From Solirubrobacterales bacterium (lineage in GTDB: Bacteria; Actinomycetota; Thermoleophilia; Solirubrobacterales; 70-9): DNA of 64,000 bases. The notes beneath the pieces are model-generated. The model was given only the letters and a program-made list of their open reading frames with translations, had not been told where the DNA came from and did no database searches. Numbering within the stretch: the stretch's first letter is position 1; each line of letters starts with the position of its first letter. Shown in pieces: positions 18,804 to 28,899 of the stretch. The position numbers were made by a program, and so were the translations under genes. The stretch is from NCBI GenBank assembly GCA_035509895.1, contig DATKIA010000023.1, positions 7 to 64,006 of the forward strand, written 5' to 3'.

Positions 18804-18902
18804 CGCGAGAGCCGCGCACTTCCGAGCCGAACTGAAAATTGTGTGTGCCAACTGGCGCGCGCCTAACCCGTTGCGAGACAACGGGCCTTAGCTTCGCCTC
18901 AG

Positions 18903-18994
18903 GAGGGTTGAAGGAGACAGGCGCGCTCCAGATGGTTGATACCCATCATGTCCGGCCAACCAGCCGGATCCGGTTCGAGTCCGGCGCCCTCCGC
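18903..18994 (+). tRNA. Non-canonical tRNA-like cloverleaf (class-II/allo-tRNA-like; anticodon GAU; no encoded CCA)
   Basis: Paired by hand:
- Acceptor 18903-09/18987-93.
- D stem 18914-17/18927-30.
- Anticodon stem 18932-36/18944-48 with loop TTGATAC.
- 6-bp extra arm 18952-57/18964-69.
- T stem 18971-74/18982-85 with loop TTCGAGT.
- Discriminator G18994.
Deviations are a 4-nt acceptor-D linker and only 4 clean T-stem pairs. Confidence 0.45.
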
Positions 18995-19173
18995 ATTCGA
19001 TTCGCCAGCGGGTCGAGGTGGGGCATGGTCCGCAGTGGTACTTTGACTGTGGGTATCAACCAAGCGGGGTGGTTCCTCGCGACGCGCCAGACTCGACCCG
19101 CTCCGGCGGGTCTTGTCGTTTCTGGGATCGAAATTGGTTCCCGTACGGCGATCGGTTAGGCTGGCGCCGTCTC

Positions 19174-20484
19174 GTGATCCTTCGCCGCCCGATCACTGCG
19201 GTCGTCGCTCTTGCCCTGCTCGGCCTTGCCGTGCTCGCGCTCAGCACCCAGGGCCGCGCCGCGACGACCGGGGTCGACAACTCGGCCTGCGGTCCGGTCC
19301 AGTACGGCGGCGCCGGCCAGGCGCAGGCGCTGATCGTCTCCGACCTGCCGCTGCAGGGCGACTCGCGGCGGCGCTCGCTGCAGATGAACGACGCGATCGG
19401 GCTCGTGCTCGAAGGCGCGCAGTGGAAGGCGGGCGGGCGCACCGTCGCCTTCCAGGCCTGCGACGACTCGCTCGCCGACACCGGCCTCTGGAGCAAGTCG
19501 CAGTGCCAGAAGAACGCCCGCGCCTACGCCGCCGACCCGACCGTGCTCGGCGTGATCGGCACCTATAACTCCGGCTGCGCCGAGGCGATGATCCCAATCC
19601 TCGGCCAGGCCCCCGGCGGCGGCCTGGCGATGGTCTCGCCCGGCAACACCTTGATCTGCCTCACCCAGTCGAGCCCGAGCTGTGGCAAGGGCGAGCCGGG
19701 GAGCCTCTACCCGGCGCGGCGCAACTACGCCCGGGTCGTCCCCAACGACGCCTACCAGGGAGCGGCGCTGGCCCAGTTCGCCCGCACGCAGGAAATCAGC
19801 CGCGCCTACGTCCTCTACGCCGGCGGCGACCCGACCAGCCTCGGCCAGGCAAAGACCTTCCGCGGCGCCGCCCGCAAGCTCGGAATCAAGATCACCGGCT
19901 TCCGTGCCTGGAACGAAAACGCTTCCAACTACAAAGGCCTGATGAACACGATCGGCATGACCGACACCGACGCGATTCTGCTCGCCGGCCTGACCGAAGA
20001 GAACGGCGCCCAGCTGATCAAGGACAAGGTCGCCGTCCTCGGCCCCAACGCCGGCCCGATCAAGCTGCTCGCGCCCGACGGCTTCGCCCAGCAGTCGACG
20101 ATCGACCTCGCCGGCGCCGCCTCCCGAGGGATGTTCGCCAGCGTCCCCGGCCTCGTCCCCCAAGACCTGACCGGGCCAGGCAAGCAGCTGGTCTCGCAGC
20201 TGAAGAAGAAGGTCAGCGGCTCGGTCGAACTCTTCGCCCCCTACGCCGGCCAGGCGGCTGAAGTCCTACTCGGCGCGATCGCCAAGAGCGGCGAACGCTC
20301 CGGCGTGATCGGCGCCGTGCGCGCGACCAAGGTCAAGAACGGGATCATCGGCAGCTTCGACATCCTCGGCAGCGGCGATCCCAGCATCGCCCCGATCACG
20401 GTCTCCGAAGCCCGCAACAGCTTCGTCCCGACCGAAGTCCTCCGGCCCGGCCAGGGCCTGGTCAAGGCCGCCCGCCAGGGCTGA
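19174..20484 (+). CDS. Periplasmic-binding-protein type 1 solute-binding protein (Leu/Ile/Val-binding family-like), orphan
   Basis: The likely start is GTG 19174, giving signal peptide VILRRPITAVVALALLGLAVLALS. The ORF-track start at 19018 adds 52 codons with poor GC3 bias. The body has the motifs VIGTYNSGCA and MVSPGNT. No adjacent permease or ATPase genes. Confidence 0.7.
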   Translation: MILRRPITAVVALALLGLAVLALSTQGRAATTGVDNSACGPVQYGGAGQAQALIVSDLPLQGDSRRRSLQMNDAIGLVLEGAQWKAGGRTVAFQACDDSLADTGLWSKSQCQKNARAYAADPTVLGVIGTYNSGCAEAMIPILGQAPGGGLAMVSPGNTLICLTQSSPSCGKGEPGSLYPARRNYARVVPNDAYQGAALAQFARTQEISRAYVLYAGGDPTSLGQAKTFRGAARKLGIKITGFRAWNENASNYKGLMNTIGMTDTDAILLAGLTEENGAQLIKDKVAVLGPNAGPIKLLAPDGFAQQSTIDLAGAASRGMFASVPGLVPQDLTGPGKQLVSQLKKKVSGSVELFAPYAGQAAEVLLGAIAKSGERSGVIGAVRATKVKNGIIGSFDILGSGDPSIAPITVSEARNSFVPTEVLRPGQGLVKAARQG

Positions 20485-20579
20485 GACTCACCTGCTGACA
20501 CACACAGTACGAACTTAAGTGTAAGAACTTAGGTGTTCGGTAAAAGGTATTCTGAGTAAGTAGGTTCTTACGCGTAAGC

Positions 20580-23378
20580 GTGGGACCAACCAAAGTCTCC
20601 TCATCTGACCCCCCTCCCGCCGGCTCAGCTTTCGTCGGCCTCCTGAGCGCGGCAGGAGAGCGGCTTCTACCTCTGATCATCACTGCCGGCAGCCTGCTGG
20701 GGTTCGTCGCCTTTGCCGGAGCGGTAATCGTCTGGACCCGCTTCCAGGCGATCAACGTGCCGCCCGACCAAGCAGTAAAAGCAATGCCGCAGGACGAGCT
20801 GGTGGCGACGGGTTCTTCGCTGCTGCTGATCTTCGGCTTCTTCGGGGTTCTGGCGGTGTTGGCGTCCTATCTCGTCGACCGCAGCGGCCGCGCCACGCCG
20901 GGGATGATCCGCTGGCTGCTGGTGCTGCTGGGTGCCGAGGGCATCGCCGGGGTGATCCTCACCGAAAGCCTTTCACCTGAACAAACGGTCCTCATCGCCG
21001 CTCTATTTCTCTTCCCCGTTCTCGTTGCCGTCCTACTCACCTTCGTACCGCTGCTGACCTGGCTAGAGGACGAGCTCCCGCCTCGCGAGTCGGAGACCTT
21101 GCCCCCGGAGGTCCCCCTCCTCCAACGGCACCGCAAGTGGGTGGAACCTCCGCAGGTGAATCTGATCGCCGGCGCCCTTGTCTGTGGCGTGGTCGCCGTG
21201 GGCCTTAAATGGGGGCTGGGGGCGGATTGGTGGGATCTACTTGCCATCGCCTCCTATCTGTTCGCCGCCGCTGCCCTAGTGCTCGCCGTGGCCGCGCTCT
21301 TCCCAGTCGTCAAGAGGCTGTGGAAGATCTGGGCGAGGCGCAGGAAGGAGGAGAGATGGGAAAGGAAAGCGACCCGCCGGTCCAAGACCGAGACCCCGGG
21401 TCACCCCCGGCCCTACCGCTTCTATTTCCGGTCGACGGGCGTCGCGCTGGTCTGGTGGCTGATGCTGATGGCGGTCATCCTTCCCGCGTTGGTCCTGGAT
21501 CAGTTCTGGGTGGCGGTCTCGCTTGCCGTCGCGGTGGTGCTGACCGGCGGCCTCTGGCGGATTGCGGTGCTGGAAAAGTCGGACTTCATGTGGTTTGGCC
21601 TGGCCGTCTTCCTCTCTGTCCCGCTGTTCGGGACGCTGACCCTGATGGCGAGGAACCTCGCCCACCCGCAGGTGCAGCCGATGGCCCTGATCCGCAGCAC
21701 CGACGGTCCCGACGAAGCGATGCAGGGCCTCTACGTCACCGAGGGAGACGACCGCATCTATTTCGCCAACATCTCCTCCAAGGGCTGCCAGGACAAGGTC
21801 AGCCCCAACAGCGGCCGGTTGCTCTGGGTACCCAAGTCAGAAGTGGTGGCGATGTCCCTGGGGCCGCTCGAGAGCGTCGAACAGGCGAGTAAGTCGGCTC
21901 TGGAAATGTCCTACGCACTCACTCCCAACGCCGAGACCCGGGCTGGAACCGAACTGAGTCTGACCAACGCCGAGAAACGCGGCGGTGAAGAATCGGCGGT
22001 GAGCCAGCCGTCCGAACAGGAGCACCGTCTGGAGAACGCCGGGGCAGCCGTACTGCCGAACTTCGGCAACGGCCTCAGGCTCGAGCCCGAAGAAGCGGCG
22101 CCCGGGGAAATCGTCACCCTGACGATGAGCGCGCCGAAGGAAGGCGGCTTCGGCCGCTTTCGCAGCGGCAAGACCCTGCGGGTCGGGGGCGTCAAGGCAA
22201 ACGTGGTCAAGGTGCCGGCCCCCAGCGCCGAACGTGCTGAATTCGTCGAGACGACGTCCGGGCGCCTGCTCCGCCTGGACAGAAACGAGCCGTACGTGTA
22301 CGTGCCCGGCACCGGGTTCACGCCGCTGAGCGAAGCCGGCGCCGCCTCGACGGCGCCCCGGTTCCTGAAACTGATGGGGGGGTCGGTGATCGGGACGGAA
22401 AACGGGGGGCTTCAGGAGGGATCACCCGCCTTCATCGAGCTCGAAGAAGGATCCGGCGCGCCGACGCTCGCAGGCGCGCCAACGCTCGCCGGCTACGCCG
22501 GTCCGGACCAGAGCGAATTGGAGCCAGAGCGGCTGGAGCCCCAACCGCTGAGCCAGGCCTGGTATCGAAACAGGATCAGGTTCGAAGTGCCGGAAAAAGC
22601 GGAATCGGGATTGGTGACGGTGGAGTGTCACCAGCTGGCGGGGCAGCCGCTGCTGCGGGTTGACCACGCCCCGAAAGCGCGGATCGTGGTCAAGATGGCG
22701 CCCGGCTCGGAGCGAGTCACCCTGGACAGCAGTCACTCCAGCGACGAGGACGACCAGGACCTCGCCCGCCGCTGGACGGTCGCGGGCATACGCCACGGGC
22801 ACGACACGACGATGTCGGCGGACCTGCCGCCGAGACTTCGGCCCTATGCCGTGACGCTCACGGTCACCGACCAGGGCGGTAACGAAGACAGCTTGACCCT
22901 GCGACTGCTCCGCTTCCCCTCCACCTTCTTCTCTCTCGACCAGGCCGTTCCCGACGACGGCGCCCTGGTCGAACGCGCCGCGCAGGCGATGGCGCGCATG
23001 GCCGAGCGCGCGCCCCCGGCCGGACTGGAGATCATCGGCAACGCCGACGACACCGGCGGAGCACACCACAACATGGCCTTGTCCCTGCAGCGTGCCCGTC
23101 AGATACGCGATGCCCTTTTGCCCGAGAAGGTGGGCACCGGGTCGAACCAGATCGAGGTGCCGGTGACGACGATTGCCTACGGCGAGAGCTGCCCGCTCGA
23201 CCCGCGAGGCGGGATGAGACCGCGCAATCGCCGTGTCGACGTCTTCATCCTCGAACAGGGCGTCCGCGTCACCCCACCCGGCGGATGTCATCCCGGGCGC
23301 CTGCAGACCAGCAATCGCGCCCTCTCCACCACGCCAGCGCAGCCGACGCCGCAAACCGCAATACCACCGAATCGCTAG
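20580..23378 (+). CDS. Large polytopic membrane protein with IPT/TIG-like, PKD-like and C-terminal OmpA/MotB-like domains
   Basis: 932-aa ORF. The N-terminal ~360 aa has multiple TM helices. The middle has beta-rich Ig-like segments (GEIVTLTMSAP...VGGVKANVVKV; YAVTLTVTDQGGNEDSL). The C-terminus IIGNADDTGGAHHNMALSLQRARQIRDAL...NRRVDVFI is OmpA_C-like. Confidence 0.7.
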   Translation: MGPTKVSSSDPPPAGSAFVGLLSAAGERLLPLIITAGSLLGFVAFAGAVIVWTRFQAINVPPDQAVKAMPQDELVATGSSLLLIFGFFGVLAVLASYLVDRSGRATPGMIRWLLVLLGAEGIAGVILTESLSPEQTVLIAALFLFPVLVAVLLTFVPLLTWLEDELPPRESETLPPEVPLLQRHRKWVEPPQVNLIAGALVCGVVAVGLKWGLGADWWDLLAIASYLFAAAALVLAVAALFPVVKRLWKIWARRRKEERWERKATRRSKTETPGHPRPYRFYFRSTGVALVWWLMLMAVILPALVLDQFWVAVSLAVAVVLTGGLWRIAVLEKSDFMWFGLAVFLSVPLFGTLTLMARNLAHPQVQPMALIRSTDGPDEAMQGLYVTEGDDRIYFANISSKGCQDKVSPNSGRLLWVPKSEVVAMSLGPLESVEQASKSALEMSYALTPNAETRAGTELSLTNAEKRGGEESAVSQPSEQEHRLENAGAAVLPNFGNGLRLEPEEAAPGEIVTLTMSAPKEGGFGRFRSGKTLRVGGVKANVVKVPAPSAERAEFVETTSGRLLRLDRNEPYVYVPGTGFTPLSEAGAASTAPRFLKLMGGSVIGTENGGLQEGSPAFIELEEGSGAPTLAGAPTLAGYAGPDQSELEPERLEPQPLSQAWYRNRIRFEVPEKAESGLVTVECHQLAGQPLLRVDHAPKARIVVKMAPGSERVTLDSSHSSDEDDQDLARRWTVAGIRHGHDTTMSADLPPRLRPYAVTLTVTDQGGNEDSLTLRLLRFPSTFFSLDQAVPDDGALVERAAQAMARMAERAPPAGLEIIGNADDTGGAHHNMALSLQRARQIRDALLPEKVGTGSNQIEVPVTTIAYGESCPLDPRGGMRPRNRRVDVFILEQGVRVTPPGGCHPGRLQTSNRALSTTPAQPTPQTAIPPNR

Positions 23379-23487
23379 GGGTCGGCGCTTCGGCGTCGAA
23401 GCAATTGCGGTGAGCTCCGCCGACGCAGCCGCCGAAACCGCGAAGCCCGCCGTCGACGGCGATAAGCCCGTGCACTACGCGCCGGGG

Positions 23488-24246
23488 ATGGATGCGCGCA
23501 GCACGCGGGTCGCCGAACGGCTGAACACGCCGATGCTGATCGCGGCGGCGCTGACGCTACCGACTGTGGCGATCTCCGAGTCGAGCCCGGGCGGCGCCCT
23601 GGGGACGATCGCGATCGCCCTCAACTGGATCACGTGGACCGCCTTCCTGATCGAGCTGGTGGTGATGCTCGCGGTCGTCCCCGACCGCTGGGCCTGGATC
23701 AAGCGCCACCCGCTCGACATCGTCATCGTCGTCCTCACGCCGCCGATCCTGCCGGCCGGCCTGCAGAGCCTGCGGGTCCTGCGGCTGCTGCGCCTGTTGC
23801 GGCTGCTGCGGCTCGCCCAGCTCTCGCGGGAGGTCTTCTCGCTCGAGGGGCTGCGCTACGCGATGCTGCTCGCCCTGCTCACGGTGATCGGCGGCGCGGC
23901 CCTTTTTCAGGCCTTCGAGGCGAGTCAACACATCGACTTCGCCGAAAGCCTCTACTGGTCGATCACGACGATGACCACGCTCGGCTCCGACATCAACCCG
24001 ACCACGACCGGCGGCCGGGTCGTCTCGACCGTCACCCTGCTGGTCGGCATCGGCTTCGTCGCCCTGCTCACCGGCGCCTTCGCCCAGCGCTTCCTCTCCC
24101 CCGAAATCGTCTCGCTCGAGGAAGAGCTGGCCGAAGAGGAGATGAGCGCCGAGGCGATGGCGCTGCGCGAGCTGCGCAGCGTCCAGGAACAGCTGCAGGC
24201 GCTCGAGGTCGCGGTCGAACAGATGGCGAAGAAGAACAGCGGTTAG
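23488..24246 (+). CDS. Voltage-gated ion-channel family protein (S4 sensor, pore loop TTLGSD, C-terminal coiled coil)
   Basis: S4 segment LRVLRLLRLLRLLRLAQL. Pore region YWSITTMTTLGSDINP. C-terminal heptad-rich tail. The start is ATG 23488 (alternative GTG 23410). The first 85 codons of the ORF-track call overlap the previous gene. Confidence 0.75.
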   Translation: MDARSTRVAERLNTPMLIAAALTLPTVAISESSPGGALGTIAIALNWITWTAFLIELVVMLAVVPDRWAWIKRHPLDIVIVVLTPPILPAGLQSLRVLRLLRLLRLLRLAQLSREVFSLEGLRYAMLLALLTVIGGAALFQAFEASQHIDFAESLYWSITTMTTLGSDINPTTTGGRVVSTVTLLVGIGFVALLTGAFAQRFLSPEIVSLEEELAEEEMSAEAMALRELRSVQEQLQALEVAVEQMAKKNSG

Positions 24247-25529
24247 AGCGCAGCGGCAAGCGCCGCTGGATCCGGCGCCAGTTCGTCTCTAGTCAGCAGC
24301 GCCAGCAGGGCCGCCACTACCAGCGGGTCGAACTGCGACCCAGCGCAGCGTTCCATCTCCGCGACCGCCGCCGCAACCGGCATCGCCTCGCGGTAGGAGC
24401 GGGTCGTCGTCATCGCGTTGAAGGAGTCGCAGGCGGTGATCACCCGCGCCTCGATCGGGATCTGCTCGCCGACCAGCCCGTCCGGATAGCCGCTCCCGTC
24501 CCAGGCCTCGTGCGAAGCGCGGACGATGACCCCGATCTCGGCCATGAAGCCGCCGATCCGCTCCAGCATCCGCTGGCCCTCGATCGTGTGGGTCTTCATG
24601 ATCGCCCACTCGCGCTCGTCGAGCGGCCCGTGCTTGTTGATGATCTCGTTCGGGACCGCGATCTTGCCGACGTCGTGGAGCAGGGCGCCGAACTCGACGT
24701 TGCGGCGGCCGTCGGGGCCGAGGCCGAGCGCGTCGGCGACGTCGAGCGAGAGGCGGACGACGCCACGGCTGTGCTCGCCGGTGTAGGTGTCGTCGGCCTC
24801 GACGACGTCACCGAGCAACAGCGCCGTCCCCTGGTAGGCGTCGTTCAGCTCGGCCAGTTGCCCGAGCCGTTCCTGGCGCTCTTTGGAGAAGATCCGGAGG
24901 ACGAAGAAGAGCGGCGCAACCAGCGCCACCGCCCAGCCGCCGTAGCCGCTGGTCGCGGCGAAGGCGACGACCAGGCCGAGCAGCGAGAGCGCGACGTCGA
25001 TCGCGTAGATCGGCTTCACCTCGCGCAGCAGTCCCAGCAGCGAGGAGCGGTCGTCGAAGAGCCGGTCGCGGATCGCGGCGGCGGCGAAATCGACCGCGAA
25101 CTGGGCCGCCAGGGCCAGCGCCAGGATCCCGAAGCGTTCGTCCGGGGCGACGTCGCCGGCCAGGACGAGGACCAGCGCCGGCCCCAGCGCGAACCAGCTG
25201 TTGCTGGCCGCGGTCAGCAGCCAGCTCGGCGCGATCCGGCCGCGGAGAACGTCGGGCGCCATCCCCAGCGCCAAGGCCGGGACGAAGAGCAGCGGCACCA
25301 CCGCCGGCGGCAGCGCGAACAGCATCGGCACGAAGACAGCCTGGGTCGGGACGGTGAAACCCGGGCCGACGTCGATGCGGACGTTGCTGGCGATCGCCAC
25401 CGCCGCCACATAGATCGCCGCCGTCGCCAGCGAGAAGCTCTCGACCCCGCCGAGCACGGCAAGGGCGAGCGCCGCAGCGAGGAAGAGGGCGCCGCCGAAC
25501 AGTTCTGCGCGGCGCAGGGCAGGGCTCAT
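24243..25529 (-). CDS. Membrane-anchored HD-GYP domain phosphodiesterase (c-di-GMP)
   Basis: N-terminal multi-TM region, then HDVGKIAVPNEI...HTIEGQRML...GSGYPDGL (HD and GYP motifs). The start is ATG 25529 (alternative 25595). Confidence 0.8.
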   Translation of the reverse strand: MSPALRRAELFGGALFLAAALALAVLGGVESFSLATAAIYVAAVAIASNVRIDVGPGFTVPTQAVFVPMLFALPPAVVPLLFVPALALGMAPDVLRGRIAPSWLLTAASNSWFALGPALVLVLAGDVAPDERFGILALALAAQFAVDFAAAAIRDRLFDDRSSLLGLLREVKPIYAIDVALSLLGLVVAFAATSGYGGWAVALVAPLFFVLRIFSKERQERLGQLAELNDAYQGTALLLGDVVEADDTYTGEHSRGVVRLSLDVADALGLGPDGRRNVEFGALLHDVGKIAVPNEIINKHGPLDEREWAIMKTHTIEGQRMLERIGGFMAEIGVIVRASHEAWDGSGYPDGLVGEQIPIEARVITACDSFNAMTTTRSYREAMPVAAAVAEMERCAGSQFDPLVVAALLALLTRDELAPDPAALAAAL

Positions 25530-25872
25530 CGGTCGGGCTCGCAGCGAATGCGAATCCCTGGTGCGCTCGGCTTCCTTGATGGCTTCGACGGACAAAAGTT
25601 TCAGCTCGTATCGCCGCTCGGCGCCGCAGCCTTAAGTACTCACCATTCCTTGCGCTGCCTGGAATCAGACGAACGTCCAGGCGATTGGGCAACACGCGTC
25701 CAAGCCCCTTGCATCTGCAGCACTCGGCCGCCGATAGTTCTCGCTCACCAAGTTCAAACCGAACTCATACGCAAAGCACTGAAAAAGGCAAACCCGTCGC
25801 GAGGCGGGGACGCAAAGCCAGAGGTCTCGCAAGAGATAGCTCGGTCGCCAGTGAGACGTCACGGAGGACGCA

Positions 25873-26580
25873 ATGTCTCTGTTTCGCCCCACGGCACATG
25901 TACCCGGATCGGCACGGAAGCTCGTCTTCCTCGTTGCTCTGTGCCTTGGCCTGCTCGGCCTCTTCTCCAGCTCCGCCCTCGCTGATTCCTGGCACCATGG
26001 CCACTGGGGCTACTCCGGTGGACATTGGGACGGCAGCGGCAAGCCGGCTTCCCCCAAGACCAACTCGGAACTCGCGGTCTGCCCCGGCCAGACCTTCTCG
26101 CAGCCGTTCCTCGAGTTCGGCGACGAAAACTTCTACACCGAAGCCGAAGCCAGCGACTTCGACGCAGGCAGCGGCGGCTGGACTCTGCGCAACGGCGCCA
26201 GGCTCGTCAACGGCACCGACCCAGACGGCAGCGCAGGCGCAGCGCTGGAGCTGCCGGCCGGCGCCTACGCGATCAGCCCGCCGGTCTGCGTCACCCTCCA
26301 GTACCCGAGCGCCCGCGCCTGGGTGCGCACGGCCGGCGGCTGGGGCGGGGTCACCGTCAGCGTCTACTACGCGAAGGGGAAGTACGGCATCGCGGCCGCC
26401 GACGACGTCGGCTATCTCGGCTCGGACGGCGCCTGGGACCTCTCCGACCCGTTCGAAGTCAAGCCCGAGCTGGCGGGCGACGCCGAAGGCACCCGCGAAG
26501 TCCGCTTCGTCTTCACGAACAGGACGTGGAGCAGCGTCTTCGACCTCTCGGGTCTGTTCGTCGACCCGCGGATGAGGTGA
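25873..26580 (+). CDS. Secreted hypothetical protein (signal peptide, His/Gly-rich N-terminus, beta-rich body)
   Basis: SD GGAGGA lies 6 nt upstream of ATG. Signal peptide KLVFLVALCLGLLGLFSSSALA, then DSWHHGHWGYSGGHW. No recognisable catalytic motif. Confidence 0.6.
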   Translation: MSLFRPTAHVPGSARKLVFLVALCLGLLGLFSSSALADSWHHGHWGYSGGHWDGSGKPASPKTNSELAVCPGQTFSQPFLEFGDENFYTEAEASDFDAGSGGWTLRNGARLVNGTDPDGSAGAALELPAGAYAISPPVCVTLQYPSARAWVRTAGGWGGVTVSVYYAKGKYGIAAADDVGYLGSDGAWDLSDPFEVKPELAGDAEGTREVRFVFTNRTWSSVFDLSGLFVDPRMR

Positions 26581-26831
26581 GATCCATTTCTGGCTCAGGA
26601 CGGTCGCCGTCGGCGGCTGGGTCACCCTCCTCATCTGCGTCGCCGGCGTCGTCTACGTCGCCGCCTTCGCCGAACCCGAGCGCCGGCTTGAGCTTGCGGG
26701 ACTGGTCGCCCTCACCGGCTTCCTCGGCGCGGCTGCCCTTTGGCTGGTCCCGTGGCGGCGAGTTGTCGCCTCGCGGTGGCGGCAAGCGGCCATCTTCACC
26801 TGGTGCGCGCTGACGATCGGCATCGTCGCCC

Positions 26832-28820
<1,989 letters not shown>

Positions 28821-28899
28821 CCACCTCTCCTCTCGATCCCGACAGCTGGGCGACGATCGTACTCAGAGATCGGGATCGCGGCAGACGCGCCGCTGTCGA

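Noticed and set aside
16620-18881. 753-aa ORF on the minus strand
   Set aside because: It is antisense to the well-supported alpha/beta hydrolase and DHA2 MFS genes. The translation is Arg/Gly/Asp/Glu-rich low complexity, typical of GC-driven shadow ORFs, and has no motifs.
19036-19080. Possible T-box riboswitch (GTGGTAC and GGGTGGTTCCTCGCG resemble the T-box GGGUGGUACCGCG; AUC-A resembles an Ile specifier)
   Set aside because: The order and spacing are wrong. The putative specifier lies only about 8 nt from the T-box-like sequence and downstream of the other UGGU motif. I could not build a Stem I, K-turn or antiterminator. I kept only the raw complementarities as a finding.
19018-19173. 52-codon N-terminal extension of the solute-binding-protein ORF
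   Set aside because: The third-codon-position GC is much lower than in the rest of the gene. The peptide (MGHGPQWYFDCGYQ...) is not signal-like, whereas GTG 19174 yields a canonical signal peptide. The region is better explained as structured leader RNA.
22441-22500. Near-tandem 21-nt duplication (GAPTLAG-APTLAG) inside the large OmpA-like gene
   Set aside because: It is a single in-frame duplication in a linker region and is too minor to interpret.
23761-23830. CTGCGG/CTGCTG periodic repeat
   Set aside because: It encodes the LRLLRLLRLLRL S4 voltage-sensor helix. The periodicity is protein-driven and this is not a DNA repeat element.
23634-25985. 783-aa ORF on the plus strand
   Set aside because: It runs out of frame through the channel gene and antisense through the HD-GYP gene. 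The composition is dominated by R/G/D/P, and both overlapped genes have clear family motifs.
28821-28899. Inverted repeats (CGATCCCGA...TCGGGATCG and GACAGC...GCTGTC) in the uppP-acs spacer as a possible riboswitch
   Set aside because: The arms are short with a large loop, and there is no resemblance to a known acs-associated RNA motif. This is most simply a terminator or processing hairpin between two co-oriented genes.
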